From positions 107,758,001 through 107,822,000 of the forward strand of contig NC_087436.1 of NCBI RefSeq assembly GCF_036321535.1: a DNA stretch of 64,000 nucleotides, read 5' to 3'. Positions 38,330 through 52,447 of this stretch are shown piece after piece (position 1 is the first letter of the stretch; the number at the start of each line of letters is the position of its first letter). This DNA is from Camelus dromedarius (Eukaryota). The notes under the pieces are model-generated. The model made no database searches. It was not told where the DNA came from and saw only the letters and a list, made by a program, of their open reading frames with translations. A program made the position numbers and the translations under genes.

Positions 38330-39960
38330 CTGTTTTTATCAAAGTTAAACATGTTTAGAATTTGAAGAGTCAACTAGTGCTACAAGATTGGTTATAAACA
38401 ACAGCCATTCCCTACCCTCCTGTACTTCATTTCTCTGTGATAGAAACCACTTCCTCTTTTAGCTGATTATTTTGGTATTGTCATTCAGTGCTCTTAGGAG
38501 CATATTAAATTACTTTTTTTTTTAAGTTTTGTTGACTTTCCACTTTGAAAGATGAAGTTTCAGCACTCTTTTCCTCCTTACTGCCCTCACCACACATCTT
38601 CCTTTTCCTTTTCCCTATCTTTCCAATACCCAGACTTGGAATTTTGGTTCTAGCAATATTCAAAAAATGCATTATTATGACTAGAGGTGCATAAGAGCAT
38701 GGAATATGGAGCCAAATGCCTGTGTTAAAAGTCCACCTTTATCACTCAACCAGCTGTGTGACCTTGGACAAATGTCCAAGTTCTATGTGCTTGAGTTGCC
38801 TCACCCATAACATGGGAAAATGCTAGTACCCACCTCACAAACTTGGTATGAAGATTAAATGATTTAACACATAAAATTTTTAGAATCATGAGTGCAGTTG
38901 ACAGTATTGTGTAAATAATTTTTTCAGAGCTGAGCCATGTAATATATGATTACTTTTCCTTTTCTGCAGAGTGTTTCCCCTGTATTAATGCTTGTCTTCT
39001 TTTTTCATGTGAGTAATTTAACCCCACATTGTCAAAGTTGTCTGATTCTTCCCTCTTGGCATTTAGATGCATCTCATAGTCTATTGATTTCATCATCCTT
39101 AAGAAATCTTTCCTGGGGATTCTGGGACTCCTCCAGTATTTACTGGTCACTTTGCATGTCTGTGTCACACCTGTCATCCTGGGATCGCCTTTCACTTTTG
39201 TTCTGGGGATTCTTTTAGCTTCTACCAGTTTCGATCATTCGTTTCCTATATCCGAAGCTTTTCATCTTTCTCTTAGCAAGAGTACATTAAGAGAGAACTT
39301 TTTGAAAGCATCCATGTCACAAATGTCTTGATTCTAATCTCACTCTTGATTGATCGTTTGGTTCACTTACATTCTAGGTTGAAAATAATCTCCGCCTAAC
39401 ATTTTGAAGACTTTCCTTAACTGCTTTCAAAGTGCTCCTTTTGAGGAGTCACGGTCTTCTGATTCTGGATTTTGGTTTGTGTGACCTGCTTGTTTTGTCC
39501 AGAATCTTGCAGGATCTTCTCTTTTCCCAGGTGTCCCAAAATCTAATGGTGCTGTGCTTGTGCTTTGGTGTTTCTTTTTAATCCGTTTTTTCTGGAAACT
39601 AATAGAATATAAACCCAAATATTTCTTTCCGTTCTAGGAAATAATCGTGATGTATGTATGCATATATGTATGTGTTTATTTTGGTAACTTTCTTTCTACA
39701 TTGTCTTCTCTCTTTCTGGAACTCCAGTTAGTCAGACATGGGAGCACTTAAACTTGTCCTCTAATTTTCTATACTTTTTGGGGGGGTAGGGGTAAAGAGT
39801 CTCGCAACTTTATAAATATTATTTATTCAAGCCATCATATTTTAAATTTCCAAGTACTCATTTTGGTCCCTGTTGCTTTTTGTTTCATTAAATTCTGTTC
39901 TTGGTGCCTGGTTACAATATTATTAATTTTTTCTCATAAACTGACTGGATTCCACAAAAC
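38330..39960 (-). mobile_element. HAL1 / old L1ME-like element interrupted by a MIR
   Basis: ttgactttc...aagatgaag...attttggtt...attattatgact...agctgagccatgta...atgattacttttcctttt; ORF1-like antisense sequence at ~39300-39600; homologous to 62520-64000. Confidence 0.7.
38690..38890 (+). mobile_element. MIR SINE nested in HAL1
   Basis: taagagcatgg...ggagccaaatgcctg...cagctgtgtgaccttggacaa...agtacccacctca...gaagattaaatga. Confidence 0.9.
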
Positions 39961-41724
39961 CACATTCATCAAAATCTTACTTGGAGGGTAGAAGCCTGAC
40001 TGCCATCATCCCGAGAGGTGATTGGGAGAAACAGAACAAGGAATCTGGCGTCCACTGTGCCCAAGTCCATGCATTCCTCCTGTTTTCATTGTGGTCCCTC
40101 CAACTTCATTTTTACCTGATGTCGTCCAGTCCGGGGATATTTTTATTTTGTCATCTCCAAAAAATAAAACTCCAGACTTTGCTAAGGTGGGGGAAGGAAG
40201 ATGCCTAACAGCCCAGATTAGGGATTGGGAACTGAGGATCTGATAGCTTCAATTTTCTTTTTTTCCACCCCATGACTCACTGCCATGTTTAGGGGTAATT
40301 GATACTGCCAGTTCCTGGACCCTTTGGGAACCATTTTGTGACCATTTTTCTTTTTTCCACTTTTCTTTTTCTTATCCATAGAAACTTAGGGGTTAGATGT
40401 TTTTTTTTCTTTCTTGTTGTTAGACTGGAGTCTTAGGAGAAAGTAAAGGTGAACTTGAAGCTGCTTCCTGGGGACGAAAAACTAGGGTCATCCTTTGTGG
40501 GTAAGCCTACCTGTACAGAGGGGTCAGAATCACCTCTAACTAGCCTTGCCCAGAGGTCAGGCATTCACTGTTTATGTGACTCAGTGAAAGTTTTTCATGT
40601 TTTGTTTCCTTGTATATAATAGAGGGCAGTCAATATCTATATATCAGGGAATCTGAGAAAACCAAATGAGGTAGTATGTAAGGTCTTAGCACAGTGTCTG
40701 GTACACATTTGGCACTCAACAAGGTCATATGAGGTCATAAAACAATTTTTAAAAGGCAGAGAAAGGTTAGTTCCTCTTCCCTTTTTCTCCTGTACATACA
40801 ATCCTAAGGACCTATTTCCAAAAACTGCTAAAACTCCCCCTGTAGGATATTCACTTCAGTGTCAGAAAGACTTGTGTTTATACCTGTCTTGTACAGGCTA
40901 AGAGTCTCAGTACTTGTAGTGAGGTGAGACTTAGTAACACACAGGCCCAACCTCATAGCTGAACGCCTGGAACTAAGAGTTTATTGTTTGGAACAGACTC
41001 CTTCCAATTCCAAGTGGGTTAATAAGAGGCTCGATTAGGAAACAGACTCCCTCCTGGGAAACAGGAGGCTATGAGGCTGCCTGTATTTACATGCCGGTGG
41101 AGAGTTTGTATTTTTGTTTTGATTTGTCTAATTAAATTGGAAAGATATTCTTCAGGTGAGGCAGGATTCTGTTTCTTTTCCCCTATTTTGCCTATTGTGG
41201 GTGGAGGAATCTTGGTTAGACAACGACAGAGGATTTGAATATCCTTGCCATCTTTCTACATCCAACGAGAAGCCAAGCTTCAAGTTTCAGATCTGTTCTC
41301 TGTGAACTTCCCACCTCGCCCTCCTCCAGTCTGAACAATTATCTCTGCCTACCTCCTCATTTGTGGTCTTCCTGCCCCCTCGTGTCTTCTTACCTTGATA
41401 AAAAAGATGCTCTTTTCTTCTTCCCACTGGGTGCCTTGGAGTTCCTCCAGTGAATACGTTCATGCAAATATGACAGCAGAGAATATCTTTGTGAATCCAG
41501 AGGACTGACCAGGTAGGAGCCAGATCCTCCCTACTCTGTCCTATGTATATTTTATCGACGAACTCAAAGTTTTTGAAACCAAAAATCATATTCATACACA
41601 TTTATTTTTAAGAATGTTAACTTCTATTTAATCACAACAGTATAATAGGTAAATGGTACCATTAGCCTTTTGCAAACTAAGTCTAGTCGATTGAATTACT
41701 GGGCCTAGTTCTCCTCTCCCCATG

Positions 41725-42100
41725 GTATGGTGGTAGAAGTATGGTACATTCATACACTTCCTTGGCTTCATGGTGGGTGCAAAGTGTTTCCCCAAACTTT
41801 GACTTTGGGCTTGGCCACAGGAATATTAGCGGATGTGTATAATCAGGATTTGAAAACCTGCTACACAGTTGTCTTACCCTCCTGGGCTTCTGCTACTGCC
41901 ACGAGAAGAAGATATTGCAGGAAGCTCTCCGTTTATCCCCAGCTCAGTCACTCTGGTTGACCTGCAGACTCCCAGACTGACGCGAAACCAGCTCAGCCAA
42001 CTTTGAGAGGCGTAAGTGAGGAAAAAATGTTGTTGTAAGTTTTTGAGTTTTGTGAGAGTTTGATATGCACCTTTATTGAAAACATTGCAGACTAAAGCTA
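41725..42100 (+). mobile_element. MaLR LTR (MLT1G/H-like)
   Basis: ttgactttgggcttggccac...ctgccacgagaaga...gacctgcagac...gtgaggaaaaaatgttgttgtaag. Confidence 0.65.
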
Positions 42101-44796
42101 ATAAACTTCTACAGTAGTATATATTTTCAGCTGCTAATATGGCAGATAATGTGAATTTATCTCTCAAAAGCTCTCTGTGTTACATGTGCCCAAAGTACTG
42201 TGGAGTTCCCTGTCATTGTTATTGAATGATGACACTGTTGAATGACTTTTTTATTTTATGTCTTCTTTTTCTGCTGATCTCTAAGTTCTGTGAAGTCAGC
42301 GGTTATGTCTGATTTATTTCTTATTACACCCCAATGACTCTCGTGATACCGAACACATAGAAAGGACTCAATTAATATTAATCAAATGAATGAAAAAAAG
42401 AATGAATAAATAAAAACTAGATGGACAGACTCCCAAAATGCAGGAAAGCTATGTATTCCCCCATCAGAAAAATGAACATAAGAATGTACATAAAAACTGG
42501 CACATAATAGGGACGAGCACGTAAGATGTTACTATTGCTCAGATTTCTTGCGCTGAATCTTCAGAACTCATAATCAAGATAATGTGGAAGCATTTCAGAC
42601 CCCAGAGGTTGAAAAGCCCCTAATTTTTGCTGTGGTATTTTAGGAATGGATGTCTATATACATTGGCAAGTCTCAGTAATTTTCCAGGGGACAGGTTATT
42701 TGGCCAGATGAGTCATTTTCCCGGTCATGCTGTGTATCCTTCTGTGTGTTGTTTTATCTTTTACTCACCAAGGAGGCTAAGGGATAGAGCAGGAACAAAA
42801 GGAAAAGGACTCAAAGGTCAGTTTTCTGAGACCCAGAAGGAGGGATAAAATAGAACCAGAGAAAGTTAACAATACACACCAGTGGTCGGCACTGGGGATG
42901 ATGTAATGCATCACATCTGGGGACTGGGAAGCTGTGCGCTGTAGAAGAGAGAAGGGGAACCATCGGGCCCCTCCCTGAGGGTATTCGTGTCTGCACAGAA
43001 AGTGGGCAGAATGTTCCCATTCTTAATTTTCAGGCTGTGCCTCTTTGAAGCAGGCTATTCCCAGTCACACCGGGAAAACAAAGGCAGCCCAGCAGACCGG
43101 CTGGCTGGATTTACGCTGGGGCTGTTTGTTAGAATTAAATCCATTTAAATTTGGACGGATGAGATTGCATATGTGGTTCCACGGAAATGGAGGGATAACT
43201 TTAAGCTCGGGTGGGGTGGGGTTGGGGGTGGGAATTCAAATGGGAGATAATGCACTGCAGGCCAGTGGGTGCTTGCTTTCTGAAATCATCTTTTAAGTAC
43301 GCAATTTGTGGTGAGTCATTTGCTCTTTCCTTTGTAAGTCTCAAAAGGAACTGGTTGGTGGTTTGCTTTTGACTTCTGTGGTTGAGTCTTATGATTTCTC
43401 CACTTTTAGACCATCGATTGTGACTTTCAGGGTAACTTGTGTGAGGTGAACAAAACAGATGGGGCAGAGGCAACAAAGATGGACACACTGAAACAGGAGA
43501 GGTGGTCTCTTCCTAATGGTGTAATTTTAGGCAAGATACTTCTTTTCTCCAGGAAATGCCTTTCTCACCCCTTGAGATTATAACCATCATTACATACATA
43601 CCTTGTTCCTGTTGAGGTGAGTCTTGATACCATAGGTCCATGGGAACCTCGCCATCTACTGAATAGCAGTGACTGAGACATTCAAATTCATTTATAATTT
43701 TAAGCTGTTAGCAAGCCAAAAAAAAAAAAAAACAAACCTTTCCCTTTTATCTCAGACACAGAGTGAGAAAATTTATGGAATTGGCTGATGTTCCCAGGTA
43801 TCCGTAGTTTTCAATGTTGTATTTCATTATGAACAATGGAGTAAAAGCTATATTGAAAACAGCAGCCTTTAATACCTGACACATGCTTCCAACCCAGAAG
43901 GTTTATCCACATTTTGTTGAGTTTATAAAACATTCATATTTTATCTCTAGAAAAATTCTCTGAATCTTTTACATAATAATATCTCATTTAAATTCTGTGC
44001 CTGACCTTCACATCAGGATAACACATTTTCCATCAGTCAATTTTCCAAGGACTATATTGTAGTATCAGTCAAGAAAAACTAACAATATTTCATGGAAACC
44101 TTTTAAAAATACTTCAAATGTATTGTTGCCTTATTGGACAGACTATTGAATATAAGTTAGTCTTCCCTTAATAACAAATCATTATTCGTATGTTCATAAT
44201 TATCATAATAGGCAATAAGATAGTATGCCTTTTCCCCAGCTTTATTGCTGATTATCTGCTCTATTTTTTTTTTCTTCTTGTGTATACTTTTCTAGCTAAT
44301 TTCCTATATGTAGGAAAGGTCAGATGGACAAGTTGTTAGAATGGCTTGTAAATTAAGAGTCAATAGGATATGAATTAAAACCCAAGGGACCTTACAGTAG
44401 GAAGGAGCTTTAGAATGCTTCTCTTCGTCTGTGAGATGTTTGTTTTTCGCTTCTTGATTTTTCCAAATCATGTTCTTGATGTGTGGCGTTTGCACTGTAC
44501 AGGCATGTGTGCACTCCTGCGCATATATGTGCATACAAGTGTGTGTGCGCTCGTTTCTGTGCCTGTGTTCAGGGAGCCAGCACGGTACACGGTCATCTTA
44601 TCATCTAACAGACCCTGACCAAACCCTGACAATAACTGTGACCTTGTGTGACCAGGTTTCTTTTCTCCCTCAGCCGTATTTCCCTCAGTAGTGAGATGGG
44701 AACAGGGGTATTCACTTACAGTACCTAGGACACTTTCTGAGGCTGGAGTTGTGAAAATAGTCATTCCTTTCCTTCTCTTCTTTGTAAAAGTATATG

Positions 44797-45904
44797 GTCT
44801 AGTCCTTTCATCCTGTATCTATTACCACGGCTAAAAATATTGAACTTGCTTGCTGTTATCAGTAAAAGTGGCCAAGTGATTTCTTTAATTGTTATTTTCT
44901 GCCAGCTTCTTTGTTTGGACTACTTAGTTCAAGAATTACAAATAGATGGTGTATATGCCACTTCCTTTTCTTCCATAACTGGTAACGATTCTCTTTTCCA
45001 CTGAGCCAAGAGGAAGCCTTAGGATCCTTCTCAGCGCAGGACCAGTTTCCACAGCCAGTCCACCGGAACTGGCACATGGGATGACACCTGAATCCTTGAG
45101 CTACTCACTAGAATGATGATTTCCAAAATCATCATCATTTTTACTGGCATAGAAGCAGGTGAATTGAGAAGTAGACAGTAGAGCTTCCCCTAATGCATCA
45201 GTGGGTGGTGGCGAGAGGAAACTCGGGATCTGTTTTGGAACAGAAACATTCCATAGCAGAAGGAGCACCGTGAAGGTCTGATGAACATTTCCTGTGACTC
45301 CAGTCAGCAGCCTCAGTCAGGATGCCAAGAAAATAAGGTTGCTCAACCCTGGAGCTGGTTCCAAGTCTATCAGTTCTTCTTATCAGCCCTCATTGTGAAA
45401 GGCAGTCCGTTGTCATGTTCATCTCACAATTTAGATGTTTGGGTTTTTTTTTTTTTTTTGATTCCATCATTTCAGATATAATACTGTTCATCTTTCTGTC
45501 CAATCTAGCAAACATGTATTAAGCACTTACTATGTATCAAGCACGCAGTTCCTTGTCTATTTGTGAGGCTGTCTCAGCAGTCGAGGTGCTGCTATGTGGT
45601 GGGGGTGGGGGGACATGCACCTGCTGACACGTTGGCACTGCCCACCCTGGTGGGTTCTGTGGGAGAGGAGGAATGCAGTCTCACGTGCATTAATTCCTGT
45701 ACGTGCTCATTCTCCCTGGCCCCTGTTGTCTAGTCATGCCACCCTGCATCTATTGTCAAGCTCATTGCTACTTGAAATACTGAACTTGCTTGCTCTTATA
45801 CTTAAAAATGGTAAAGTGATTTCTTTAGTTATTTTCTGCTGGTTTGTTTAGACTACTTAGTCTAAGAATTGTGAATACATGATGTATATGCTATCTCTTT
45901 TTCT
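44797..45904 (+). repeat. Diverged direct repeat pair (~175 bp; 44797-44971 and 45728-45904)
   Basis: Colinear exact blocks TGAACTTGCTTGCT, AAGTGATTTCTTTA, GTTATTTTCTGC, GACTACTTAGT, TGTATATGC at ~935-940 bp offset. Confidence 0.9.
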
Positions 45905-46139
45905 CTTTTTAGGGGGGTTAATAGGCATCTAGGTGGTCTGACTTCCTAAAGAGAATGAACTGAAATGTCTAAATCTTAGCTGCTACCAACTTGTGATTTG
46001 CGCTAGCTTAAAACAAATCATCTTCATCAGCATCTCCCGCTTTAGAATGTCAGTCAGCCCTGGAGGCTAAACAGACTCTCTTGAATCTGCAATGTGCCCT
46101 TGCGAAATGAGTTCTGTAACTCATTCTTTTGGAATAATC

Positions 46140-46985
46140 TTTAAATTTATTTGGCAAGCCTGTTATTTCCAGGCTGCGAGCTGAGCACTGGGGGTACAGA
46201 GGGAAACAAGATCTATGACTGCCTGCACTGCTCACAGTCCAGGGAGATGACCAACATGTAAATAAGTAATTAGCATAAAGTGGAGGCTCCAGGAGGCCAT
46301 GGCTTTTGAGTTGATATTGGATGGATGAGCAGACACTCCTCATCAGGTAGAGAAATGGGATGAGGGCATTCCAGGAGAAGGAATTTCAGAAGAAAGGAAC
46401 AGCAAGTCAGTGAGCATCAGAGTGATTCATGAAGTAACAGGGATGTGAGCTATCTGCTGGGTTAGAGCTTGTGGGGTGGGAAGGAGGGAGATGGTAGGAA
46501 GATGGAGGAATGAGTCAACATGGGATTGGACCTGAAGTTCAGGTCATGAGAAGCATTGAACCCATGTCAAGGTGTTTAATTTTTAACCATAGGTAAGGAA
46601 GCTGCTCAAAAATTGTTATGGGAATGACATAATACTAATGGTCAGCATTTGAGCATATCTGTATCATGTCAGTTAATCATCGGGAAATGACGTTAAGCTG
46701 GTCCTTCTATTATCTCCATTTTACAGGTTATAAAACTGACCTGAGCCTTAGAAAGATTAAGTAATTGTTTTAGATTATAAAACTAGTGAATGTCAGAGCC
46801 TGGACATGAACAGTTTTGCTTGTGGGCTCTCAACCTATGAAACGGAAGAAGAAAATACTAGAAACAAGACATTTTAAGGGGACATTGCAGTATTTCAGGC
46901 AGAAGATGATGACGGCTGGTGCTGGAGCTGTGGTAGCGTGGATGAGATAAAGGCTCGGGTGTGGTATGTTTTGAGGATAGGTACG
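46140..46985 (-). mobile_element. L2 fragment with a nested antisense MIR (~46640-46830)
   Basis: gagcactggggtacagagggaaacaaga...ctcacagtccagggaga...gagggcattccagg; MIR core tctccattttacagg. Confidence 0.7.
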
Positions 46986-48529
46986 CACCTCCCATTCTGG
47001 AAGGCACTAAGGAATCACATTCCCTTATTTTAAATTCAGTCCTGTTTAAACTTTAAAGCCCTGTTACCAACTTGACCATCTATTTGGAGATTTGAAAATA
47101 GAACATCCAAGGATAAAACTTCAGAACCATTAACGAAAGTTAAAACAAAAATATTGGAGTTAAATTCTAATGCAGAGTTCCAAAATGTTCCGAGAATCCT
47201 CAGTGCTGCTGGAATGATGTGTGGTCTGTTAAGTATGGTAATTTTCTCCATTTTTTCATTCAGCAGTCACTTACCGAGAACCTACTTTATTTCAGGCCCT
47301 GTGCAAGGTGATGGGGATATGGTTATGGGATATAATTTACAAGAGCCCAGTGGAGAATCTTGTGCCTCAGAATGTAAGCTGTCCATGTTTCTTGGAAAAT
47401 AATAGTAAAGTAACAGTTCTTATTGAAGTGTGGAGGTGTGATGTTTTTGTTAAAATATTTTTAAAAATTGTTCTCTGAATACCTTCCATTCACACCTCAG
47501 ATTTCAGGCAGTGTTATTACTAGAAGAAAGGTCCCCAGGATGTTTTTTGCACATTTATCAAAGAACAGATTGTAGCAAAAGACTCTGCTTCTGTGACAAT
47601 AGCTTTGATTAACACCTATCAAAATAGAACCATCATTTGCTCACTTAAGCATTTGTTAAATAACGCAATCTGCTACTGAATTAGAAGCCAGATGCCTCCA
47701 TCCCTACACGTGCTGAGAGGGCAGTTGACACCTCCCTCTTTCGCCCCTAATCAGGAATGGCCTTTGCCTACAGGATGTCTTGGTCCTGTTCCAGCTCAAG
47801 ATTCTGAGATTCTATAGATTCAGATGTTTTCTGCGGAGTGGCCTGTGGAATTTCAGCTATATCATTCCGTGAATCAAGTACAAGATGGTGTAATGGTGTC
47901 CACCAGAATGGTACCCATTAGGAGTGATGCCATTCTCTAGGAAGCCTTCATCGCCCAGGCTAACTCCTGTGTCATTTGCAAAGCAGAGTGAGAATCTGGA
48001 TCAAGAGGTCATATTGATGGAAAAGACTAGCCTCACGGGATCTCATTACAAGTGGTGCTCAATAGTGGCAGGACTCGGACTCAACGCTAATATTCCTTTT
48101 TAGAAGAACCTTAGTTATTAGGTGCTTGATTATACTTGGCTAAAGTCTGCTTGTAATTTTCATTCTGCTTTTGCTCTTTGAAGCCAAACAGAGTAAGTTC
48201 GTCATGACTAGATGACTGCCCTCTCCTTTCCGTATCAGGTCTTCTTTTTCCTCAATTAAGCAGCCACATTTCCTGCTGTTCTCAAGTGACACCATTTCCG
48301 GAGCCCCTCATTATCCTGACCACTTTTCTCTTTACTTGCTCTAATTCTTCAAGGTTCCTCATTAAAATGTGCTACCAGGAACTGAATTCAGCACAGGCTC
48401 CTGAAGGAAGTGTGACCTGTAAAAATTACAGGGCCACATTGATTCCTTACTGTTCTGTTCCTGAAATCTGAAATACCCTTTGTTTTTATCTGACAGCCTC
48501 ACTGACAACTTCTAATAAAGAACCCTCTT

Positions 48530-48870
48530 CCTTTAGGGCCTTTGAACTTGCCATCCTCACTGCCCGGAAAGCTCTTTCCTCAGGTGTTCATGTGGCCCCT
48601 TCCTCGCTTCATCCTCTTCAGATGTCACCTCCTCAGTCACCCCGACTGAAGCCATGTTTCCCCTTTGATTCTCTCACTCCTTACATGGCTTTATTTTTTT
48701 TTTTTCATACAACTATTATCACCTGATACATAATTATTTTATGTATGAATTGTCTGTCTCCTTCACAAAATGTCTGCTTTATGAGGCATGAGACTGTTTT
48801 GTTCTCTGCTGCATATCTTGGGTGCATAAAATATAGAAAACGATAAGCACCTGTTGACTAAATGAAAATT
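48530..48870 (+). mobile_element. L2 3' end
   Basis: agggcctttgaacttgc...cagatgtcacctcctcag...ttgtctgtctcc...ttttgttctctgctg. Confidence 0.75.
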
Positions 48871-50269
48871 GGATGTGTGATCAGCTACAATTTCTAGGAC
48901 CTTTTCTCAGGAAATGCTGTTAGATTTAGTCTCTACCCATTCTTCACTCGGCAAGTAACTTTCTAATTAAAAAGCAGCTCATATTTATTGCACATATTTA
49001 AATAATATAGATAAGCCAAAAAACCTATTCAAATTCTCTTATCTACACAGCATTTTAATACATAATCTTCTAGACTTTTCATTCGTATGTGTAAATATAT
49101 ATATATATAAAACTAAAAGGGGATAATCACTCAGATACTTTAACCTGAATTATTTTTACAGTATACTTTCCCTTATCAGAAAATATTCTTACTAAATAAG
49201 ACCATATAATATTTGGCTGTGCAGGCATATCATAATTTAACATAATTTATTAGCCACTCATCAGTTATTAGAGATGTAAATTATTTCCAATTTATTGTAA
49301 ACATAACAGAACTACATCAGTGTTATAGCTGAATTATTTCCTTGAAACAAGAAGAACTTACATCAAGCACTATAAAATTATGTAACACTGCTAATAGCTA
49401 TTATAAACAGAAACATTTAAATTTTAAATATTTGAGAATTTTTTTTGGAGGTGGGGAGAAGTCATACACTACATGAATCACACACCATTTATATAGGAAA
49501 AGTATAAACTGACATAGTAGTTCTGAATGATGATTTAATTATACCTACCAAGCAAACAACAAGTCCCCTCTCTTGTCTGTCAAGTTTACAGTTTTTTCCC
49601 CTTGGCCATGAAGGAAAAATCAAATACATTTTTAAAAAGTTTTGCTGCTTCTGTCCTGTTGAAATTAGTTAGTTAGTTAGTTATTTGAATTCTGAGTCTG
49701 TGCCCAACATAAGAGCCACTACTCTTAATTTTGCACATTTGGTAAATAAATCTGAGTCTTTATTTACAATAAATAGATTATAAAGTTTTGGACAGGATAG
49801 ACCAAACACAGAGTACTGTTGTGAACTATCAGATGTCTGGTTAAAAGTTTCTTTGTTTTTTATTTTATCTTAATGGAGATTGTAGGCGAGAAATGAAGTG
49901 ACTCTTAGTAGAGAGCTGCAAAAATTAAAATGAAGAGTTTGTAAAGAAATGTAAAACAAAGTAAAATATAAAGGAAGTCTCAATAGCTAACAATGATCTG
50001 TTCCAATGAAGAGAAGTCCCAAGTGTGAGTCAGTATTCAGGCACCCTTCCTGACATTTCTAGATCGTGCCTTCAGCTGCTGAAGGACTTCCTAAGGCAGA
50101 TACTGACTCGTGTCTCCACCGAGGGCAGAAGACACTCAAAGATTAAGGTTATGGTAAGGAAGGACTCCTTAGGAGCCAGATGTCCAAGTATCAGAATAGT
50201 CTAATAATGAAGATTATATAATTCTTATTTTGTCCTTAAGAAATTAAATAAGTTCACTGTAACAGAACT

Positions 50270-50724
50270 TGTGACTAGATAACCACCCCCGCACTCCCCT
50301 CTCCCCGAAAAACAAAAAACAAAAACCCATCGTGGCTTAAAACAGTAATTTGTTATTTCTCGGTCTGTAGGTCTGGATCAAGCTGACTTATATCAGTTGA
50401 TTTGCTTATGTGCCTACAGGTAGCCCATGGGTTTATTGGGGGCTGACTAGTCTAGGGAGATTCTATGTTGGGGTGATTCCTTTCTACTCCATGTCATCTC
50501 CAGCAGGCTAGCTTAGGTCCCTTCTCAAGGAAGAGACAGGGGTGCAAGAGAGGAGCAGAAATACTCAAGCACTTTTCCAAGTTGCTGCCTGCATCATTTC
50601 TTAAAGTCCCATTTTCAACTGCAAGTCACATGCCAAGCCAGTCAGTATGCAAGTCAATTACAAAAAGGCACGGATACGGGAAGATGTAAAACCTTGGAGC
50701 ACTAATGTTTCAGAGTCCTTTACA
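50270..50724 (-). mobile_element. MaLR LTR (MLT1G/H-like)
   Basis: gtggcttaaaaca...ttatttctc...ccagcaggctagc...gcaagtcacatgccaagcc. Confidence 0.7.
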
Positions 50725-52360
50725 TGAGACTGTTTTAATAAAAGAGTGTCTCCCATAGGCAGACCCCAGTGATTATTAACTATCTCTAATTTGTATAGAA
50801 CAAGGTACCTTGATGGCTCAGATATAGTCACATCTGAAGGCAGTATGATTGTTTGAGGTGTCATTCAAGTTTATGACTCTATGACAAGACACCTGGACAT
50901 TACTTTTTTCTTACTGTAGGAGATTGATGAGATTAATATACATCTTTGTATTACAGATATATTTGGGTTCAATTTCAGCCTCTTATGTATAGGTCCATGT
51001 TGACAGTAGGAATTTTTAATGCTCTCATTTGATCTTAAATATTAGCCTCTTATATGATATATATATATCATTTCTGTGTTTATTTTACTACATTAGAAGG
51101 TAAAAAAGAAAGCTATAGTTGCTTTCAAATACCATTAAATGTACTTCTTCAACTTTCCCTTAATTGTTATATGTGGATCTCGACAGAGGGCAACATCTGC
51201 TAAGAATACATCCAGTCTAAAAATAAACGCACAATTCTACATTGGGTGAAAGAAAACCAAAAGGAGATCTATAAATCAAGTGTCTGAAAAGCAGTGTGTT
51301 TGGAAAAGGTAAGGAGATAGTTGTTACCTAAACACACTTTTTAATTTTTCCAACACTGATGCAAAAACAAGCTAGTAATATTCCTGGAGAGGTATGTGTA
51401 TGTGTGTGGGATAAAGAGATTAGTCCCTTCCTCCCTGCTGGGATTTAGTTAAAGAATGGGAGAATTTGACTAGATCACACAGTCATTATTATTAATTTGG
51501 AGTTTGTGAAACTGGAGCATTGTTGGTCCCATGAGAGGTGATAAAAGGGTAATTTGTCAGGAGCTCTGGAATACAAAAGGCCTTCTTTAAAGTTGCCTTA
51601 GTCTTAGAGTTGCCGTCATGGGTGCCTCCTCTCCTCTCTCCTGGGCATCATGATGATAATTAAAACATGCTCATTGCTTGCTTTTGCCCCTGAAAAAATC
51701 CTTTGTGGCAGTCAAGTCCTATAATGTTTGTTATTTTGATTTTACAGGTGAGGAAATGGAAGATTCGATGAGCTTGAGGGCCTTGATCAAGGGACATGGC
51801 TAGTTGTGACTCTTCCAGATTCTTCCTCATGGCTTTCCGTCCTGCAGCACACTCTCTCTAGGGGTTCAGGGTCACCATCATCCCACTCTTTCCAAAGGCA
51901 CATGATTGTCTTCCCTGGCCATTCTAGGGGAGGAAAGTGGAGGTTCAGGAGGAGAATCAAGAGGTGACAAAATCAAGGCAGGAAATTTTATAGGAATTGA
52001 AAGTAGGTGGCCTGAGAGCCAGCTGTAGTTCCTTGTTTGACAGCTTCATTTGATGTGTACAGTGTTTTGAAGCACAGTTTGGTGGCTATTTGGTTGCAAC
52101 ACAGCAGATTAGCACCTATGGCGCAGTACTTACCCTTTTATATGTTTATGTTGCTTGTTTGGCTTCTGCAGATATTTGATATTGCAACTCAGAATCTGAA
52201 TTTAAATTAAGGAATTCAGTAGTGCGTTTTAGAAAGTGGATCAAGAATAACGTATCCCTTCAGGACACAAGAGGTCGCTGGTTCTTGTGACTGGTTGGTC
52301 AGTTGGCTGGTGAGTAGCTGAACAGAACTGAAAGCAACTTCTGAGTGAGGAAACTGGGGA

Positions 52361-52447
52361 TGCGCACGGCGCGGCGGAAGCGTCCACTCTGGGCCTGCGC
52401 AGAGCCGCCGCGATGCTGGAGTGAGGACGGCGTGGTATTCGGTGCGT
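52361..52447. promoter_or_regulatory. CpG micro-island with NRF1-like and ETS motifs
   Basis: 14 CpGs counted in ~86 bp; TGCGCA twice, GCGGAAG, and gccgccgcgATG. Confidence 0.45.

Noticed and set aside
38330..38700. Similarity to 62520-62960 as a segmental duplication
   Set aside because: Explained by two independent HAL1-like copies.
51731..51753. TTTTACAG|GTGAGG recursive-site-like motif
   Set aside because: One substitution from the antisense MIR core ttttacagatgagg, so expected often by chance.
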